NCBI RefSeq assembly: GCF_006345805.1
Contig: NC_043010.1
Location: forward strand, 10,850,001-10,914,000
Direction of reading: 5' to 3'
Length of the DNA: 64,000 bases
DNA from: Octopus sinensis
Lineage: Eukaryota
Under the pieces are notes generated by a model. That model was not told where the DNA came from and did no database searches. It was given only the letters and a program-made list of their open reading frames with translations. Position 1 is the stretch's first letter; every line of letters starts with the position of its first letter. A program made the translations under genes and the position numbers. Shown in pieces: positions 52,507 through 64,000 of the stretch.

Positions 52507-53057
52507 TAATTGTGAGGATGTAAGAGAACATTTGATGGGAGCAAGCAAGAAAAAAAAAAGGGATGACAAAAGGATCCGTAATAACAAGATGCTTGTTTGT
52601 GTACAAATAATAGGGAGAGAAAATTTAATAAAGTATTTATATAAGAAATATAAAGGAGATATTATATTTATGATAAGTAAAAAGATGTGCATGTTGACAT
52701 AAATGGATGTATTAGAAAACCAATTTCCCACCATCCTCCACCAGAGTGGAAAAAAGAAAAGAACTTGATAGACTATGTTTTTATGGCAATTACAAACACA
52801 ATGCCTAATAAATATGTATATGAAATATTTTATATATATATATTTATTGTACATATATGCATACATATGCTGAGAATATTAAATATATGCGTGTATACCA
52901 ATATATATAGATATATATATATGTGTGTATATATACATATATGTATATATAAATAGATATATATGTGTGAGTTTGTATATATAAAATGTATCTCTCTTTC
53001 TCTCTCCTCTCTCTGTATATATATATATATAGGTATGTATGAATATATATATATATT

Positions 53058-53097
<40 letters not shown>

Positions 53098-53107
53098 AAG
53101 AGAGAGA

Positions 53108-53138
<31 letters not shown>

Positions 53139-53153
53139 TGATAGATAGATAGG

Positions 53154-53201
<48 letters not shown>

Positions 53202-53216
53202 CAGACAAACAGGCAA

Positions 53217-53307
<91 letters not shown>

Positions 53308-53559
53308 TAGAAGGAGTTTCTGGAAAGAAAGAGATGCTACAACAAACTCTCTAAGACCATGCTAAATATTTTTCTGAATAAATACATGTTCTCTTCCTCA
53401 TCTCCATCTCCCTCCCCCTCTCTGTTTTGCTCTCTTATACATAGACATACACATACATGCACATAAACAAATGTTTACACCTTTACACAAAAAATACAAG
53501 TAGGGAGCATTTACATGGTTATTCAACATGCAAGAAAATGCAGCTAAACCTTCCCTTAA

Positions 53560-53778
53560 CCCTTTAGTGTTCAGATTATTCAATCAAACATAATGCTTAC
53601 TGATTCCCATTGATTTCAATTAATCATGCATTATCTCATATCTTCAAGATCTTGATGGTGTAATTACTTAATGTAGAATAACATTGTAGGGTAGGTGTGA
53701 GGGCCTGGATCTGGTCAGTTTGAACATAAAACAGATTAGCTATTTTGGCCGGATATGTCCGGTTTAAATACTAATGGG
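53560..53778. mobile_element. piggyBac-type MITE, second family
   Basis: TTAA flanks; CCCTTTAGTGTT / AATACTAATGGG imperfect TIRs. Confidence 0.7.
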
Positions 53779-54036
53779 TTAAACTACACCTTAACATCAT
53801 ATACAAAATAAAGGATATTGACTGATTTTAACCTCAGGTACCCCTAAAACAGAGTATCATGGCTGAGAATATTTCTGTTCATATGTTGACACAATGAACA
53901 ATGGTCAAGGGCTAAGCAACACCAACATACCAATGGTGACATTGGTTTTCATTAAAGTAATGGAGCAAGTTTATTATTCATTTCAGGCTTGATGGTTTCC
54001 ATTAGGAAAAGCAAAATTTTATCATGTACTAAGATA

Positions 54037-54199
54037 GGCGCAGGAGAGGCTGTGTGGTAAGTAGCTTGCTTACCAACCACATGGTTCCGGGTTTCTTCCC
54101 ACTTCGTGGCACCTTGGGCAAGTGTCTTCTACTATAGCCTCGGGCCGACCAAAGCCTTATGAGTGGATTTGGTAGGCGGAAACTGAAAGAAGCCCGTTG

Positions 54200-54252
<53 letters not shown>

Positions 54253-55081
54253 ATATGTTTGTGTCTGTGTTTGTGCCCCCAACATCGCTTGACAACCGAT
54301 GCTGGTGTGTTTAAATCCTGGGGTCGATTTGCTCGACTAAAAGGCGGTGCTCCAGGATGGCCACAGTCAAATGACTGAAACAAGTAAAAGAATAAAAGAG
54401 TAAGAAGAGAAAGTTTCTTTCACTTCAAGTTAAAGGTTTTAGATCCAGGTGCATCAAAGAAAACCACAGGAAAAATGTAATTAACCTTTCCGTTAATTCC
54501 ATGCATAGAAAAAGCCCTTAAAATTAGTAAAGGCAGTTAATAACCAGAAAAACTGGATCTGAGTAGAGAAGAAAAATACTCTCAACATTTGAAGAGATAA
54601 AAGAAGTCTCACAAAAATCATCTTTAACTGCAAGAAGCAGACCCATCCCTCCTTATTAAGTAACTTTAATCACCACTGTTACATTTTTTCCATTCACTTT
54701 TCCATATTCACATGGTTGAACAGAACTTGTTGAGGTGAACTTGTTATGGTCCGATGCTTTCCCTGTCACCAACCCTCGTCTGTTTCCATATATGGTAATG
54801 TTTGCTCAATGACCAGATATGTCTGGGAAAGATTGAAAATGAAGGATACTGCTTGCATGATGGTGGGACTCACTTATATCTATCATGTGATGCCAAATCT
54901 AGAGGATAGTAACATAGGCGCAGGAGTGGCTGTGTGGTAAGTAGCTTGCTAACCAAACACATGGTTCTGGGTTCAGTCCCACTGCTGGGCATCTTGGGCA
55001 AGTGTCTTCTGCTATAGCCCTGGGCCGACCAATGCCTTGTGAGTGGATTTGGTAGACGGAAACTGAAAGAAGCCTGTCGTA

Positions 55082-55124
<43 letters not shown>

Positions 55125-55348
55125 AAGCGTGTGTGTTTGTGTGTCTGTGCTTGTCCCCCTAGCATTGCTTGACAACTGATGCTGGTGTGTTTATGTCCCC
55201 CCGTCACTTAGCGGTTCGGCAAAAGAGACCGATAGAATAAGTACTGGGCTTACAAAGAATAAGTCCCCGGGGTCGATTTGCTCGACTAAAGGCAGTGCTC
55301 CAGCATGGCCTCAGTCAAATGACTGAAGCAAGTAAAAGAGTAAAAGAG
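54037..55348 (+). mobile_element. Two SINE family A copies (54037-54400 with a ~70-bp internal deletion; 54917-55348)
   Basis: Consensus matches. Confidence 0.9.
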
Positions 55349-55713
55349 TGTCTTAAACAACATGCTATCCAAAATAAAGCAAATCCTTGAACCATTTAAT
55401 GAAGAAAATTTAAATTTCTTTCTAAAATTCAGCATCATTATCGTCATCATCATTTCAATGTCCATTTTTTCCTGGTTTGCGAGGATCACATAAAACCTGT
55501 TGAGGTAGGTTTTGTACGACTGGATGCTCTTCCTGTTGCCAATCAGCACCTCTTTTCCAAGGAAGGTAATATTTTTCCCATACCTTATTTCTTTTCCCCA
55601 GCCCAATTGGCCAGATGTGATTTCATGGAAGATAACCAACAAATGGCAACATTTGTATAAACAGTGACTGTCCATAATTAACATAGTAAATGCTTAGATT
55701 TTGAGAGAACGCA

Positions 55714-56332
55714 ATCACACACACACATATACATACACGCACACACACACATACACGTACATACACACACAAACACACACACATACACACACAAACACAC
55801 AAATACACACACACATGAACATACTCGCACACACACATACACACACAAACACACACACACATACACATACACATACACACACACAAAAACACAAACACAC
55901 ACACATACACACAAAAACACACACACAGACACACACACACACACACATGAACATACACGCACACACACAAACACACACACATACACACACATACACACAC
56001 AACACACACACACACATACACACACAAACACACACACATACACACACAAACACACACACACATACACAACACACACAACACACACACACAAACACACACA
56101 AACACACACCACACACACATACACATACACACACACACACACAACACACACACACATACACACACATACACACACAAACACACACACACATACACACACA
56201 AACACACACACATACACACACAAACACACACACACATACACAAACACACACAAACACACACAAACACACACAAACACACACACACACATACACACACAAA
56301 CACACACACGCAAACACACACACACACACACA
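55714..56332. repeat. Degenerate (CA)n microsatellite
   Basis: Direct reading. Confidence 0.95.
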
Positions 56333-56544
56333 AAGGGCTTCTTACAGTTTCTGCTAGCTAACTACACTCACAAATCATCGGTCATCCCAGGACTGTAGTA
56401 GAAGAAGATATTCTTCTGAGGCATTATGCCACTGGGACTAAATGCGAAAGTATTTGATTGCAAAGCAAACTTTTTAACCATACCTGCATCTGCAAATTAG
56501 CAGTCATAAAGTGTAAAACAAAACACCGTGCAATATTAGTTCTA

Positions 56545-57052
56545 GTTCAATGCTCTCTGAATTCAAATCCCAAGGAAGTCAGCTATGGATTCCATCCTAT
56601 TTCGTAGCCAATAAAATAAAGTACCAAGGTGGCAAGCTGGCAGGAATGTTAGCTTGCCGGGTGAAATGCTTAGCGGTATTTCGTATGCTGGCGGCGAGCT
56701 GGCAGAAACGTTAGCACGCTGGGTGAAATGCGTAGCCGTATTTCGTCTGCCGTTACGTTCTGAGTTCAAATTCCGCCGAGGTCGACTTTGCCTTTCATCC
56801 TTTCGGGGTCGATAAATTAAGTACCAGTTACGCACTGTGGTCGATCTAATCGATTCAATCCGTTTGTCTGTTCTTGTTTGCCCTCTCTGTGTTTAGCCCC
56901 TTATGGGTAGTAAAGAAATAGGTATTTCGTCTGTCTTTACATTCTGAGTTCAAATTCTGCTGAGGTCGACTTTGCCTTTCATCTTTTCGGGGTTGATAAA
57001 TTAAGTACCAATTGCGGACTGGTGTCAATGTAATCGACTAGCCCCCCCACCC
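56545..57052. mobile_element. Tandem cluster of SINE family B pieces (one minus-strand, three plus-strand)
   Basis: Heads at ~56626 and 56690; body restarts at ~56921. Confidence 0.85.
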
Positions 57053-57363
57053 CAAAAAAAAAATTTTGAGTAGAAAAGAATAAAATAAAGTACCATTCCA
57101 AAGTAGTAGATTGGAAAATTTATAACAACATTTGACAAGATGTCTTCCAGTAGTTTTTCTTCATCTTGGGGTTCTGAGTTCTTGGGTGACAGATTTAACC
57201 ATTCACTCAGCTTAACACCACCACTTGGTCCTTAAGCACCTTTAGGCAAGTTCATTTTATTACTGTAAGCATTCTGATGAGGTCTTTTGTTTGGGATTAA
57301 TTTTTCCCTTCAGTCTTAAAAACCCTAAAAAAAAAAATCTTAAAATCCCTAAAAAAAAAAATC

Positions 57364-57497
57364 TGAAGGGCATCCAGCCGTAGAAACACTGCCAAATCTG
57401 ACTGGGCCTGATGAAGCCTCCCGGCTTCACAGACCCCAGTTAAACCGTCCAACCCATGCTAGCATGGAAAACGGATGCTAAATGATGATGATGATGA
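57364..57497 (+). mobile_element. Family D 3' portion
   Basis: GAAGGGCATCCAGCCGTAG...GCTAAATGATGATGAT. Confidence 0.8.
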
Positions 57498-58033
57498 TTA
57501 TGGGTGCTGCTCTTCCCTTCCTGGTTAAAAATTTGAAGTAAGTCATTTTTTGTTTTTTTTTTACCCATGGCAAGTTTTTCATTCCCTGAAATGGTAATCA
57601 TAAATGTTGGCGATTTTAAATAAAACATATTGAGAAATAAATTTTGTAATAGTTTAAAGTACTGGAGATAATAGCAGACCGTACATGGTTGTACTGCTTA
57701 TTTCTTTCTATGAAAAATATTGGACATCACATTTCTTCCAATGAAAAGTATCAATCAATGATAATACCAGAAACATTTTTTACAAAAGTTATTGTCTCTT
57801 AAATTCAATCTCCAACTAAAATTTAATATTCACTTATTATTCATTCATTGTCTGTTGTTTTTCAATGGTAGCATATGTAGGAGATAACTTATACACAGTT
57901 TCTGTTTAATAATACCATTCACAAGGCTGGTAGAAAAAAAACTCCTCAAGACACCATGCAGTGAAACTGAACTCCAAACTGCGTGATTGCAAAGCAAATT
58001 TCTTAACCTAGCCATGTCTGTGCCTATAATACA

Positions 58034-58114
<81 letters not shown>

Positions 58115-58208
58115 GTGTGTTTGTATACACACACACACATATATATATATTAAAAGAGAGGAAAAGGGCATATATATGTGCGCTTATATATGAATACGTG
58201 TGTGTGTG

Positions 58209-58242
<34 letters not shown>

Positions 58243-58252
58243 CATACATACA

Positions 58253-58291
<39 letters not shown>

Positions 58292-58479
58292 ATATGTACA
58301 TACACACATGTGCACGCCCACACACACACATACACACACACATAAGTAATTAAAAGGTCAATTTACATTTTTATTTCTTACTTCAATATTTATAATTACA
58401 TTTTCACAATAAATGTAATTACATTTTTCCATATATTTAATAAAATTTTCTTTAATGTGGTCTTGTTTAGATTAGATCT

Positions 58480-58890
58480 AATTCAATATGGTCTTCAAAA
58501 ATATTTAAAAAAAAAAGATGGAGGTTCCCACCCATTCTCTAGATGTGAACCCAGTTGAAAATTTAATGGCGAGTCATTAAATTAAAGCTGCATTTAAGAA
58601 CATTCAGAAGCAAGGAATTTTATTTGCAGCAATTCAGGGAGAAGAATGGTATAAATTTGGGGCCAATTTTATTATGAAAGCATGCTAACATTATGATTAA
58701 AAAGATTAGAGATGTACAAGATAATCGTGTTAGAGGCATTAATTATTAAAGTTTAATTATGAATAAATATAAATTTGAATTTTTAAATAGTATGAATGCA
58801 GTAAATGATGTAATTTCAACAAAAATGTATCTTCATTTTTGAATAAAAATGTTTTCCGAGTGTTTAATTTTTAATATGTAAATATCATGT
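58480..58890 (+). mobile_element. Degenerate Tc1-family transposase C-terminus
   Basis: HSLDVNPVENL/WRVIKLKL...FAAIQ.EEWY..., matching the Tc1 SPDLNPIENLW motif, with frameshifts and stops. Confidence 0.72.
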
Positions 58891-59604
58891 ATATATAAAT
58901 ATATATATATATAATGTATGTTCAAGTGTGCATGCATGTGTATACAAAGGCTATCTGATTGATCTGCAAGTGTTCACTCATCAGTGAATATTTTAACCCT
59001 CCAACCCACTTACAGCCTGCATGCTGTGTCATGTCTCTGCCCCTTCTATTGTTCCTACAATGACTCCCACTTTTTTACAAGCAAGACTGCATATCATTCA
59101 ATGAACTTCCTTCACTTTCTTGTGATATTCTTACAATATTTATCTGCCAGATCTCATAGGAAAATACTGCAATCCTTGCTTCATTCCTAGAATTGCAAGC
59201 CTCAGAATGATCACCTCCTTTGTCACTGTTACCTTATATTTGTCAGTGTGTCCACCAATATCTTGTTAGTAGATTTTGTAAAATGTAAAACAGCGTGGAA
59301 GTCATTTGCATGTATTACTACTAACCCTTACTGGTTTTCATGGTTTGATAATTATGAAAAAAGACAAAACCTCACACAAATGATGTTCAAATATCAATTA
59401 TATTGACTTCAAAAATCTGGGCCTAAGTAATAAAGTATGTATGGACAATCACAAATACATTATGTCACACACACACATATATATGCCATAAAATATACTA
59501 TGTATGTACATATAAGAATATATATGTACATAGATATATGTACATACACACACGTACATACACACATTCACACACAAACATATACACACACATATGCATA
59601 TATA

Positions 59605-60011
59605 TACTCTTTTACTCTTTTACATGTTTCAGTCATTTGACTGCGGCCATGCTGGAGCACCGCCTTTAGTCAAGCAAATCGACCCCGGGACTTATTCTTT
59701 GTAAGCCCAGTACTTATTGTATCGGTCTCTTTTGCCGAACCGCTAAGTTACGGGGACGTAAACACACCAGCATCGGTTGCCAAGCAATGCTAGGGGGACA
59801 AACACAGACACACAAATACATACATATATATATATATGTACATATATACGACAGGCTTCTTTCAGTTTCCGCCTACCAAATCCACTCACAAAGCATTGAT
59901 CGGCCCGGGGCTATAGCAGAAGACACTTGCCCAAGATGCCACGCCGTGGGACTGAACCCGGAACCATGTGGTTGGTTAGCAAGCTACTTACCACACAGCC
60001 ACTCCTGCGCC
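59605..60011 (-). mobile_element. SINE family A, full length
   Basis: Reverse complement of the consensus. Confidence 0.92.
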
Positions 60012-61294
60012 TATATATATATACATATAAATACATATAGATACATACATATACACACACATATGCATACATATAGATACACATATAAATACATATAAAT
60101 ACATACATATATACATACATGTATTCATGCATATTGTAATATGAGTGAGGACAGAATTGATTATTTTCATGTAAAAATTTTTGCTTCTTTGTTAATTTTA
60201 CAAGTTCGTTATCAGAGTTACAAGTATCCAATGTCAATTTCATTCATTTAATGTTTTGCAATAATTGATATGCAAATATTAGCTTATTGAAATCTTTTGT
60301 CTGAAATTAAACAGAAATTCCTCTCAAAATTAATAAATATTTGAGATTCTCAAGAATGTGTGCAGTTTTATAGAATTTTGAAGAAAAATATTAAAGATAA
60401 TCAAATAGACTCTGGCTTAGCATTATAGTTGAAGGCGTAGCTGTGAGCATAAGAAGCTTACTTCACAACCACGTGGTCTTGGATTCAGGCCCACAGAGTA
60501 TCATCTTGAGAAAGTGACTTCTACTATAGTTCCAGACCAACCAAAGAATTGTGGGCGAATGTGATTTGGTAGATTGAAACTGAGTAGAAGCTGTTTGCTA
60601 CACACACACACACATATATATGTATAGTTATATATACAGACATACATACATACATACATACATACATACATACATACATACATACATACATACATGCATA
60701 CATACATACATACAGATATACATACATACATACATACATGCATACATATCTATATATATATACATACATACATACATACGTACGTACATACGTACATATG
60801 TACATACGTACATACATACATACATACATACACACACACATACAAACTGAAAACACTCCAGATTTACTTTAAGCACAATTTCATCTACCATTCACATTTG
60901 TGATCTTACAAACTTCTGCATTATTCTTAAATCACGAGAACTACATTTTATTGGAGGTTCCAAAATATTCCAAAGCAATGAAATGCTACATTCTACAATC
61001 TTCCAGTACCAATTTAAAAAAACTTATTCATTAACTTTGTCCATATTTAAGTCTGCTCAAATTTCAAATTTCTTCTAATATTAATGCTATATTAACAATG
61101 TGATTACTGTTGTGCTAATTATGGGATTTATTATACAGTTCTTGTGGTTGAAATGTTGGTAATTCAGTGAACTGGGGGAGGGGGTAAAATTTCAGTAGCT
61201 AAGTAAATTGGTTATTAAATATGTACACATACAAAAAAGTATATACTTACACACATGCATACATACATATGTACATATATACACGGATAGAAAG

Positions 61295-61333
<39 letters not shown>

Positions 61334-61334
61334 A

Positions 61335-61537
61335 GTTAATCCAAACATGAAAGCACAAAAAAACACAACAACACGAGAACGTGGAACAAATATAGTATTA
61401 TTGGACGCTCAGGAAAGAAGGAAAGAAGGAGGGCTTAACGTTTTGAGCGGAGCTCTTCGTCGGAAACATAGGAGAAGGAAAGATCCAGAGAAGGGAAGAC
61501 AGAGGAAAAAAATCGCCAACGGTACACACGAGGTCAC
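61335..61537 (-). mobile_element. Short Penelope-type terminal fragment with a hammerhead-like motif (61433-61467)
   Basis: Reverse complement reads GTTT-CCGACGA-A-GAGC-TCC-GCTC-AAAA-CGTT-AAGC. Confidence 0.7.
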
Positions 61538-61565
61538 ATATCTTTCTATCTATCTATTTATAGAT

Positions 61566-61611
<46 letters not shown>

Positions 61612-61675
61612 AGCAGGTAGGAGGCAGGCAGACAGATAGGCCGACAGACAGATAGGTAGACGGATAAATATATAA

Positions 61676-61710
<35 letters not shown>

Positions 61711-61903
61711 AATAGGTAGATAGTTATGGATGTGTAGCTGAGGACCTTACTTCTTGGTCAGGTGTTGTTTGGTTCAGTCCTATTGTCCAGCACTTTGACC
61801 AATTGTCTTCTACAATAGGTTCAGGCTAACCAAAGCCTTGTGAATGGATGTATATACATATATGTATGTGTGTGTGTGCATATACACACATATATAAATA
61901 TAC

Positions 61904-61936
<33 letters not shown>

Positions 61937-62007
61937 ATATATATAAATATATACATACATATACATGTATATATATATGTATGTATATATGTATATATAT
62001 ATGTATG

Positions 62008-62080
<73 letters not shown>

Positions 62081-62103
62081 ATATATACATATGTTTATAA
62101 ACA

Positions 62104-62153
<50 letters not shown>

Positions 62154-62745
62154 ACACACAAGGTAACCTTTCAGAGTTGTTATCACATTGGACAAAATGT
62201 TAAGTGGCCCTTCTTCAAGCGCTTTATGCTCTGGGTCCAAATCCCACCAGGGTCAACTTTACCTTCAATCCCTTCAGACTTCATAAAATAAAGTACCATT
62301 CAAGTACTGAGGTTGCAGTAATCAGCTTGACTCCCCCCTCCATCCAAATGTCGCTTACCTTAAACCCATCAATGAACCAGCATCCCTTCAGGAGGAATGT
62401 TGCGATCTTAATGGAATCTTGGTCACCATGGAAACCAGTAACTGGCCTCTATGAGTCCTAGACTCAATAATATGACTTTGTCTGTGTGTTTGTGTGTAGT
62501 CTTAGATCGACACAGTTTGGTGGCAGTAAAGGAGTATCACTACTAAACAGATGTTATAGTTCATTTCCTGTCTTCCATGAAAAACATGCCTGGCCATGGG
62601 TAAGTTTTACCTTGCTTGAAAACAGCTGAGAGTAAGCAACAGAAGCATCCAAATGTGAAAAATCTGCCTCAGAGAAATTCCATCTGACTCATGCAAGCAT
62701 GGAAAAGTTGTTAAATGATGATTATGACAATGATATATATATATA

Positions 62746-63203
62746 TACTTAAATATAAGAGAGTTAACGTTAACTGGTTAACTCTAATGCTAGAAATAGG
62801 TCCTTATTCTGGTATAGCCACTATATATAGTGCACTAATTATTATGTGCACTACTCGTTTCCACTAAGTCTTACCATTCTTTTGGCAGGGAAGCTAAATC
62901 ACAACTATGTATGCAATCGATTTGACCGCATGGGTATTTATCGCCCATGATGGTCTAATAAATTGTATCGAAAACAAATGCTGCTGATGATTTATAGATA
63001 AATATGTGAGTATAATTGCACATTATGTTGATAAAGAAACAATTGTTCAGCATTAATTTATCTTTTCGTTGTATTTCGCTTTCCATAAGTTGAAGGTAAT
63101 GTTATTTCTTTTGTGGAAACTACTTCGGTGGCTATACCAGAATAAGGAGCTATTTCTAGCACTAGAGTTAACCACTTAATGTTAACTCTCTTATATTTAC
63201 GTA
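62746..63203. mobile_element. MITE with 76-bp TIRs, flanked by TA (Tc1/mariner-type target)
   Basis: 62746-62821 is the reverse complement of 63128-63203 with about five mismatches. Confidence 0.88.
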
Positions 63204-63764
63204 TAAATTTGTATTGTCTCCCTGTTTTTTTATGTGCTAGGCCACTTGGTGTTAAACTGATGGTATTATTAAATTAATATCTAATTTTTCACCCTCATTT
63301 ATGAATTTGTATATATATATATCAAAAATAAGCAACAAGAATGACTCCGGTGATTTGGTACAATTGTTTCGTACTACAACATTTTATTAAAAGCTGTAAG
63401 TATTGCAGCAGATTTATGATGCTGAGTACTCTTCAGCCAATTTATATAGGTTTTCCAATAATATAAAAGCTTTCAAATCAAGTAGTAACATCTTAGGGAA
63501 GGTAAATATACAGATACAAATATATGAAGCAATTCAGTGAATTCTCTTGTGAGAGATACCCCTTGGCTATAAGCTTGTAGAATCATTTTATACTTCACTC
63601 ATATAAAACATATGTTTAAAGCATTCTGTTTGTTTGTTATTGTGTGTGTTATGCATTGAGTTACGATATATATGCGAGCATGCATAATATATTTAAATAT
63701 AATTTTGCTATCTAATTACCTGATAATAATTGTAGTTGATCCATGGATTAACTTAACTCCATAC

Positions 63765-63909
63765 CCGGAAGTTCTTCATACTGCCCTGTGTATCTTTCAC
63801 TCCAAATATGTCCACTGCTCTTGTGAGATGACATTGTGTCACAGGAGAAAAATGCATTTTCGTCTAGCCTTCTACCATCAGATGTCATAGCAACCTGTTG
63901 ACTATATAT
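63765..63909 (-). CDS. Candidate internal exon (IYSQQVAMTSDGRRLDENAFFSCDTMSSHKSSGHIWSERYTGQYEELP), gene unknown
   Basis: T-rich acceptor ttttttttttcaatAG, donor CGG|GTATGG, and a single open frame across all 145 nt. Confidence 0.6.
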
Positions 63910-64000
63910 CTATTGAAAAAAAAAAAATTACATTTCAAAGTATATTATAATGTAAACCACAATGGTAGCAGAAATAATTAGAATAATTGAAGTTCAAATC

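Noticed and set aside
55623-56357. Cys/Val-rich and His/Thr-rich ORFs over 200 aa
   Set aside because: These are translations of a (CA)n/(TG)n microsatellite.
59010-59270. Possible piggyBac transposase remnant or minus-strand exons
   Set aside because: Several mutually exclusive readings, none with diagnostic motifs.

Overview
Eukaryotic, AT-rich, repeat-dense genomic DNA. The SINE families and the density of TA/CA/TACA/GATA/AAT/CAT microsatellites resemble an octopod cephalopod (Octopus) genome; this is recognition from memory, not a search result. I see no prokaryotic genes, CRISPR arrays, rRNA or true tRNA genes, and almost all ORF-track entries are microsatellite or SINE artefacts. Supported content: about 25 copies or fragments of one tRNA-headed SINE (family A), two more tRNA-headed SINE families (B, C), and a (GAT)n-tailed element (D). 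Also present are 3' remnants of CR1-, RTE- and R4/Dong-type LINEs, Penelope-like GIY-YIG remnants, four TTAA-flanked piggyBac-type MITEs, a long-TIR MITE and a Tc1 transposase remnant. Short candidate exons on both strands cannot be assigned to a named gene. The most notable signal is six short Penelope-type fragments carrying a minimal type-I hammerhead-ribozyme-like fold with stem covariation. All sit in or next to TA-rich microsatellites, and one is flanked by a 26-bp duplication.
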